Shown piece by piece: positions 56,171 through 64,000 of a stretch of 64,000 bases of DNA. Within the stretch, counting starts at the first letter, position 1, and each line of letters starts with the position of its first letter. Position numbers and translations under genes: made by a program. The notes beneath the pieces are model-generated. The model did no database searches, was not told the DNA's origin, and was given only the letters and a program-made list of their open reading frames with translations. This DNA comes from Eledone cirrhosa (lineage: Eukaryota), in the NCBI GenBank assembly GCA_964016885.1, contig OZ024743.1, positions 190,154,001 through 190,218,000 on the forward strand, written 5' to 3'.

Positions 56171-57035
56171 TATATGGAACTCCTTTAACCATCTTTTGAT
56201 CTTATATTATATATATATATATATATATATGTGAGTGTGTATGTGTGTGTGTATGTATGTATATATATGTAGGTATATATATGTGTATATATATATATAT
56301 ATATCATTTTTATATTCTTTTAATCTCCCCTCATCCTTAACAGCACTTTTCAACTGCATCTAACTCTTATTTATCATATCTATATGTATTAGTATAGTTT
56401 TATCAATATAAATATACCCATCAATTTAATTAATTTTATATCCTTTTCATAGTTGTATTTTTTTCACTAACATCCTTATCTTAAAACTCTGGTCACCTTA
56501 GATATTTGTATTGGCATTACTATTTTATAACAGCAACTGCTTGTATACCTTCTACTGACCACCTGACCTAGTTTCACCCCTAAAATAAGTTTCAATTACT
56601 ACTATTTTACCATTTGGCCAATTATTAACCTTCTATTGGTTAATTCTAAACCTCTTACCAAACAGACAGAATATATTTGATCTTTGTTGGTTTTTTTCAA
56701 TGAACAAATAAAATTATTTCTGAGGTCAACATATGACCTACTTCTTCCCTAAAGTAATCCATTATTATATTGGATCTTTGTTTGGTTTTATTCAATGAAC
56801 AAATAAAATAATTTCTGAGGTCAACATATGACCTACTTCTTCCCTAAATTAATCCTTCATTCATAATACTCTTTTCCATCCAAAACTGAAATCTACCTTC
56901 CTCTACCCATAATTTAAGGTTCTACTAATTCTATATCACTATCTTGACCCTCACTATCTCCTGATTGGTCAATTCAAAACCTGTTCCCAAACAGACCTAT
57001 TGTATTGAATCTTTGTTCTTATCAATAAACAAGTA

Positions 57036-57177
57036 TCATTATTTCTGAAGACAGCATATATATGTGTAGGTATGTATATTCCCTCTGATAGTTTGTATAA
57101 ATATTGTACATAGATCTATAGAATATGCATACCAACTCTAACACATATATATCCTAGAAACGATCGTAAAATAATGA
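57036..57177 (+). ncRNA. Type I hammerhead with ~105-nt extended stem II
   Basis: TCATTATTT-CTGAAGA-[ATATATATGTGT..GGTATGTATATTC...GAATATGCATACC..ACACATATATAT]-GAAACGATCGTA-AAATAATGA; 9-bp stem I, palindromic ACGATCGT, GUA triplet. Confidence 0.82.
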
Positions 57178-57373
57178 AATTTTTTTTAATATAAGGAACT
57201 GTTTCTTTGTTTATTCATTAATTTTTTAATAATTTATATATATATATATATATACATGTGTGTGTGTGTGTATGTATATATCTATATCTATATATGTATA
57301 TATCTATATGTATATATATATGTATATATGTATATATATGTATATACACATACACACACACACACATACACAC

Positions 57374-57423
<50 letters not shown>

Positions 57424-57437
57424 ATATATATATATAG

Positions 57438-57747
57438 ATATAATGTTCGGTTTGTTTGTAAACAAACAGCCCCAATTAAGCCGTACAGTGTTCGGCAACC
57501 ATCGTTGCCCTTTTGTCCAACACTGACAAAGGAACGAAGCTACTCAGCTGTTAATATGCATAGGGAAAGTATATACTTTCAAACGTTCAATCGATTGACA
57601 GGAAGGTATACGGTGCTGATGACAGCTAAGAAGCTAGAAACTAGTTCGTCGTTCCTTGGTCAGTGTTGAACAAAAGGGCAACGATGGTTGCCGAACACTG
57701 TACGGCTTAATTCGGGCTGTTTGTTTACAAACAAATCGAACATTATA
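57438..57747 (+). mobile_element. 310-bp fold-back element with hammerhead
   Basis: About 100-bp inverted repeats at 57438-57537 and 57649-57747 in TA-rich flanks. Confidence 0.8.
57610..57652 (+). ncRNA. Minimal type I hammerhead ribozyme
   Basis: ACGGTG-CTGATGA-cAGCTaagaAGCTa-GAAACTAGTT-CGTCGT; palindromic AACTAGTT, GUU triplet. Confidence 0.75.
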
Positions 57748-57855
57748 ATAAATGTTCGGTTTACCCATACGTACTTATATATATATGTGTACATGTATGT
57801 ATGTATATACATACTACTGTACGTCTGTATACATATATGTATGTTCGTATACATA

Positions 57856-57951
<96 letters not shown>

Positions 57952-59348
57952 TATATATATATATATGCATATATATATATTGCATGTTTTCACATGAATA
58001 AAATTAGAATACTCAGTACGTAGTTGAGTCAAGTATATATATTGTGTAATATTTAATTGCTATACTTCGTAACTCCAAGTTTCACGCTACGGAATTTTTC
58101 CTGAATAATTATCAGACAAATGAAATGCACACCAAAAATATGCGTTGTTACCATTGATTAGGACACAAAATGAATCCCAGTCGCAATCGCATAATCCGGT
58201 TGCATTTAAGATAAGGAAGACTACTTATTCAATGTAAATTATATTTTGTTGTGTATTATTTCCCTTGGCCAGACTTAAAATAAAATTATGTAAATGAAAA
58301 TCTTTGATCGTAAAACAATAATTATCTATCTTAGTAAATAAATGTGGAAGATATATTTGATATAATAATTTACAATGCATTGAAATTATGATTGTTTTGG
58401 TTTAAAATGTTTCCTGTAGTTACAAAGATATTTTGGAAATAGATAAATATATATATTTCTAAAAAATGACTTCTATTAAAAACAAAGCTATTGCTTTGAA
58501 GATGGAATAGATTGATAGAATTTGTGAATATATTGAACTGAAAGCAAATATTTATCGTGGCTAATGAAGTAAGATGCTTCTCACATTAAGGATATTAGAC
58601 ACATAGTTTATAGCGCTGATGACGGTGAAAGAGGAAATATATTAGATTGAGGCATTTTGGGTAAATAGGTATATATTAATTCATTTAGTTACTATGTAGT
58701 ATAACATTCCAATTTTAAGCAGATACTTATCGATTTGATAGCATTACTCAACGATTTCTTTGCTTGATTTTAAATAGTTCGACGGTTTATTGAGATTCAT
58801 ATGTATTTATTTATGCATGTAGTGCCATACCACACACATATTCAAACCTTCACTAACCATTACACTACAATTGATTACTAGCTCTCTACTGTTTTTGCCA
58901 TTATAGTAGGGACTGTCCAAAGTTCGCAATGATAATTAGCAATGTATGTCTTTTAATTAATATTAAAAAAGAAATTTTATTTGCTGCCCATAACCAAGTA
59001 ACAAATATATGTAAAGAATTTGATACAATACTCAACATGCTTTTGTTGAGGGTGTAAACATTCAGACGGAATATTTTCCTATGTCAAAGAAACATCCTTG
59101 AAGTTAAAAAGGTTATGCACTTGTAAAATATCTTCCCATATTTCTGTAAATAGTATAATTCTGATAACCATATTTTATAGTGGAGCAATGACGAAATAAT
59201 TATTATATTAAAAACAACAATTACAATGACATTAATTATAATGAAAATGCGACAGGTGAAAAGGTGATGAACACCACTGATGCTTATTCTGTGCATGATA
59301 TCACTGACAATGATCTTGAGAAGAGCTAAGGCTGGTAGCCAGAAAAAA

Positions 59349-60840
59349 GTCATGGATGACCTCAAGCTTTAAGGTAAGAATGAATCCCGGCTTGGTCCCC
59401 TCGTTGATGCAGTCTATATATTTAGTGCTGACATCAGAAGAAAGTTCGGATTAAAAAAGCGTGTGTTAATCTTGAATAGAGGCAAAATTAAAAGCATTGG
59501 GGGCTTGGTGCTGCCATCAGGGAATATTATGAAGCAAATAGAAGAGGAAGGTAATAAGTACTTAGGGATATTGGAAGTTGATACGATAATGAAAGAAAAA
59601 AATAACGTGGAACATATACACAGACTGAGACCTATTATCAAGTTGAAACAGAAAAGAGGGAATAAGATGGAATCTATCAATACATGGCTGGTATCACTTC
59701 TTAGATATTGGGTGAGGGTGATCACGGGGACCCTGGAATAACTAAACAGCTTAGACAGAAAAACAAGAAATATATTGTCTTGATACCATTATTTCCCCCA
59801 GAGACAGAGATACAGAGATAGATTTTATGTACCTAGAAAAAGAGGAGGCAGAAGACTGATGGCGTGCGAAGAAAATAATATAGAGTGGTACATACAAAAT
59901 TCCACAGAACTGCTGTTACTGGAATTAATATAGAAGATTGCAAAGAAAAAACACAGTACAAGCATTTGAAGATGAATGAAACAAAGTAGATGGACAGAAA
60001 AAAGAATGTATGGACAATTTCATAGAGATGTGGCAGATAGGACAGACAGAGGCAAAAGGTGGTTATGGATGGCTAAAAGTGATCTAAAACTGGAAACATA
60101 AGCCTTAATATGTGCTAACTAGATCAAGCATAAAGTCAGGCAAACAGCAGAAAGTGATAAATGTAGAATTTGTGGCATGAATGTAGAAACTGTATGGGAT
60201 ATCATCAGTCAATGTACACCACTAGCTCAGAAAGAATATAAGAAAGGTCACGACAATATAGCAAGGATAGTCCATTGGGCACTTGGTGGCAAATATGCAC
60301 TTTACCTAGTAGAAAAGTGGTACGAACATAACTCTCTGAGGGTGTTATCAAAAATGATAATGCAAAGTTCTTGTGGAACATGTTGATACAGTGTGACCAT
60401 GAGATTGAGCATAGGAGACGATATATTGTATTAATTAGGAAAGAAAGAAAATTGTGTTGGATCATAGATATGCTCTATCCAGCTGATAACAAGGTGTATG
60501 ATAAAGAAGGAAAAAATGATAGATATCACAGATTACCTTGGGAGGTTAAGCAGTTGTGGTCACTGAAAAAGGAGGTGGTAATACTACTAATAATTGGAAT
60601 CTTGGGAACAGGGAGTAAAGATCTTGAGACGAACATTAAACAAACTAGGATTGCAATACAGATAGAACACTTACAAAAACCTCATTGCTTTGTAACAGCT
60701 CGAGTACTCAAGACGCGATTCGAAAAATAAGGCGTGTTACCTCAGCTGACTGGTAGTGATCAGCTAACACTATAATACATCTCCAGCGTTAGAAGCTGAG
60801 CGAAGAAACAACAACACCTACGACAACAACACCAATATTA
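59349..60840 (+). pseudogene. Old R4/Dong-type LINE, family 3, heavily decayed
   Basis: MDDLKL, KYLGILE, CRICG..ETVWDIISQC, HDNIARIVHW, KWYEH, LWNMLIQCDHEIEHRR, IIGILG; degenerate (AAC/AAT)n tail. Confidence 0.8.
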
Positions 60841-61567
60841 ATAATAACAATAAAGAAAGAAATTAAAAAAAATACAAAACAAAGCAGAAATAAGCGTTAT
60901 TTCCATTTTATAGTAATTACATTTTGTTGGCATATATCTTAAGACAACTGCATATTTATGTGTCGCATTCCAACCGAATATTTGTGTCATATAGTTTGAA
61001 TGACAACTGCAACTACGAATTACTGACTCAAGAAACAAATAACTACAAGATATTGCTGAATGACACAACCATATTTAAGGGATTTTGTTTTTCAATAACA
61101 CACTTGTGATGATTATGCCTCTGGCAATATATTTTAAATTCTTTTTTTGAAATGTAAGAACTGAACGTGTCAGTCTTAATCATGTTATATATATATATAT
61201 ATATATATATAACTAAATAAATAAATAAATAAATAATTACAGTACCCCCTTCCCTCCTTAATCTCTCATGTGTACGCTGATCATCTGTCCCCAAGCTGCC
61301 TATCATTTTTCACTTCCTCAATATATTTCTCTCTCCCATATCTCTCTCTCTCTATCTCGCTCTGTTGTTTTTCTTTACATACATCTCTTCATCTTCTTCT
61401 CTAACTGTCTTTAGCACTATACACTTTCTTTCTTCTTCTCTTCTTTTTTTTCTCTTCGTCTTTCTTTCTAACTGTCCTTAACATTCTCACTACCAAATCA
61501 ACTTTTTAAATGGAAGTTGCACTGTTTAAGGTATGTCAAATTTATTTATAAAACTGTTTATATATTG

Positions 61568-61633
61568 TATTTTGTCTGAGGAAGGCATACCATATTTTTA
61601 ATATGATATCCCTGAAATATATATAATGAAATA
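61568..61633 (+). ncRNA. Type I hammerhead at the 3' end of a ~460-bp island (61212-61674) between (TA)n tracts
   Basis: TATTTTGT-CTGAGGA-AGGcATAcCATATTtttAATATGaTATcCCT-GAAATATATATA-ATGAAATA. Confidence 0.75.
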
Positions 61634-61673
61634 AATATGGTTTTATAAATATAGTTTCTATTTGTTTAATATC

Positions 61674-61764
<91 letters not shown>

Positions 61765-61836
61765 ATACATACATACATACATATATGCAAAAGTATACTA
61801 TACTTTTGCATTCCTGTGTTTGTTTTGTTTTCTTTG

Positions 61837-61899
<63 letters not shown>

Positions 61900-62365
61900 T
61901 AAACGGAATAGAAAATGCTGACAAATTGTTCACAGTTGAAAAATAGTTTAATTAGGAATAAAAGAGTATTAGTGATTGTATTGGTTAGTATTCAGTTTTG
62001 GTTTTAAGTTTTTACCGGTTGCGCATTTCTAAATGCTTTTCAAAAATAATTTTGAGATAGAGCGTCCGTGTTGTTTGCTCTGATCTGATTAGTTTTGGGA
62101 ATTCTACCTGTTTTTATGTTAAAAAAGTGGCTCCAGCGCTACTTGGCGTTGCAAAAATTCTTGTGGTCAAAACAATTTTGATTGGTCGGTAGAGGTCATG
62201 TGAATATAAAAAATTGATTTTGCGCCAAGACTGAGAAATGTCTCTTTCACAACAAATATGTGTGTGTGTGTAGTAGTAGTAAAGTGTTCGATGTTGTGAT
62301 AATGGTTAGCAGGGATGTGTGTGCGAACCGCAGCCTGTTGACAGTTCAAATGGCTATTAAGATAA

Positions 62366-62885
<520 letters not shown>

Positions 62886-63040
62886 GGTGGACCAGTATGT
62901 TTTTCCCCTGGTAAAATGGTGTACATTATTCGATATTTTCAGTAAAATCGATTCTCTCAATAGAACATCAAAAATCTTAACAATAAAAGGTGTGAAATGA
63001 TATTCACTATATATATATATATACATATACATATATTCAC

Positions 63041-63080
<40 letters not shown>

Positions 63081-63196
63081 TTTTTGTGTTGCACCATAGA
63101 ACATGTGTGTTTACGTATGTCATTGTGTTTATTTGTGGGTAGAGATGTGTGCTGATGTAGGTATATATGTTGACGTGTGTATGTTGTGGGTTCGTC

Positions 63197-64000
63197 TTAG
63201 GGAGAAGTGTTTAGACGGGGTCCGTATTTGTTAATAAAGTAAGATTCCTTGCTGATGCGCTGGGTGTGGGTGGCATTATCTTTAAATTTGTAGAGGGGAA
63301 AGATTCTGAAGTTGGGATGATTTTGGGCGGCACAGGTATCAATGTGTTCACTCAGTGGTATTTTCCTGTATTCACGTATTTTAATTTGGGATCTATGGAC
63401 AGTCATGCGTTGGCGGAAGCTGTTTTTGGTCTGGCCTATGTATTGTTCTCGACAACCTGAGCAAGTTAATACATATATTAGATTTTCCGATGCACATGTG
63501 AAATTGTGTTTTACTATAAAACGTTGTCCGAACCCTCTATTAGGTTGATGCAAATGCCACAGTTGGGTCTATCGCATTTTTTTTACTGTGGGTTTCGTTG
63601 TTGTGGTTGGCAGTACTTTGGAATGTGTTAGGATGTTTTTCATTGACTTAGATTGTCTTTTGCTCTTTATGACATCGTGTGTTCGTAGGATTTGGTTCAT
63701 TCTATGGTCCTTTTTCAACACAGGGATGTTCTGGAGGATGGTGTCAAAGGCCTCATTGTTGAGGGGGTTGTGTGTGGAGATGTATGGAAGAGCTTTTAGT
63801 TTTGGTTGATTTACTTTAGGGTGTCTAAGGTCTTGGGTACTGAGTTTTAGGGCACGTTGGATTCCATTGTCAATTAGTGATGCAGGGTAGTCCCTGCCTA
63901 TGAGTGTGTCCTTTAGTTCTTGTAGCCGTAAGTAGCATGTGTTTTTATTGGAGACTATAGTACATATTCTCTTGGCTAAATTGTAGGGAATATTAATTTA
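63197..64000 (-). pseudogene. Neptune-like PLE: RT thumb + GIY-YIG endonuclease, runs off the window, frameshift near 63545
   Basis: NIPYNLAKRICTIVS..RLQELK..DYP, CDRPNCGIC, FTCASENLIYVLTCSGCREQYIGQTKNSFRQRMTVH, KESYFINKY. Confidence 0.85.

Larger units (their letters stand above)
52613..57237 (+). mobile_element. Penelope-like composite: Naiad-like ORF, two hammerheads and 48-bp terminal inverted repeats
   Basis: Inverted repeats at 52613-52660 and 57190-57237; (TA)n flanks; may be two nested elements. Confidence 0.75.

Noticed and set aside
58616-58632. CTGATGACGGTGAAA
   Set aside because: Only 4 nt between the core segments and no stems I or III.

Overview
AT-rich, microsatellite-dense animal DNA with no recognisable host gene. 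The SINE types and repeat landscape suggest a cephalopod (octopus-like) genome, which is an inference. The window is almost entirely transposons partitioned by microsatellite. (1) Two stacks sit in (AAT)n tracts (5371-31363 and about 44300-52012). In them R4/Dong-type RT-RLE LINEs always lie on the + strand, and Tx1/L1-type APE-RT LINEs and a SINE always lie on the - strand. An 8.26-kb tandem duplication with a chimeric Tx1 copy lies in the first stack. (2) (TA)n tracts hold three Penelope-like retroelements (RT + GIY-YIG) and several unrelated 200-800 bp non-coding fold-back elements. By eye I found nine minimal type I hammerhead ribozyme motifs in these; several have palindromic stem III, very long stem II or variant catalytic cores. 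(3) Two decayed hAT transposases and several SINEs are also present. A candidate 52-53 nt intron would fuse Tx1 ORF1 to ORF2 in frame in both Tx1 subfamilies. All alignments and folds were done by eye, so boundaries are approximate to a few bases.
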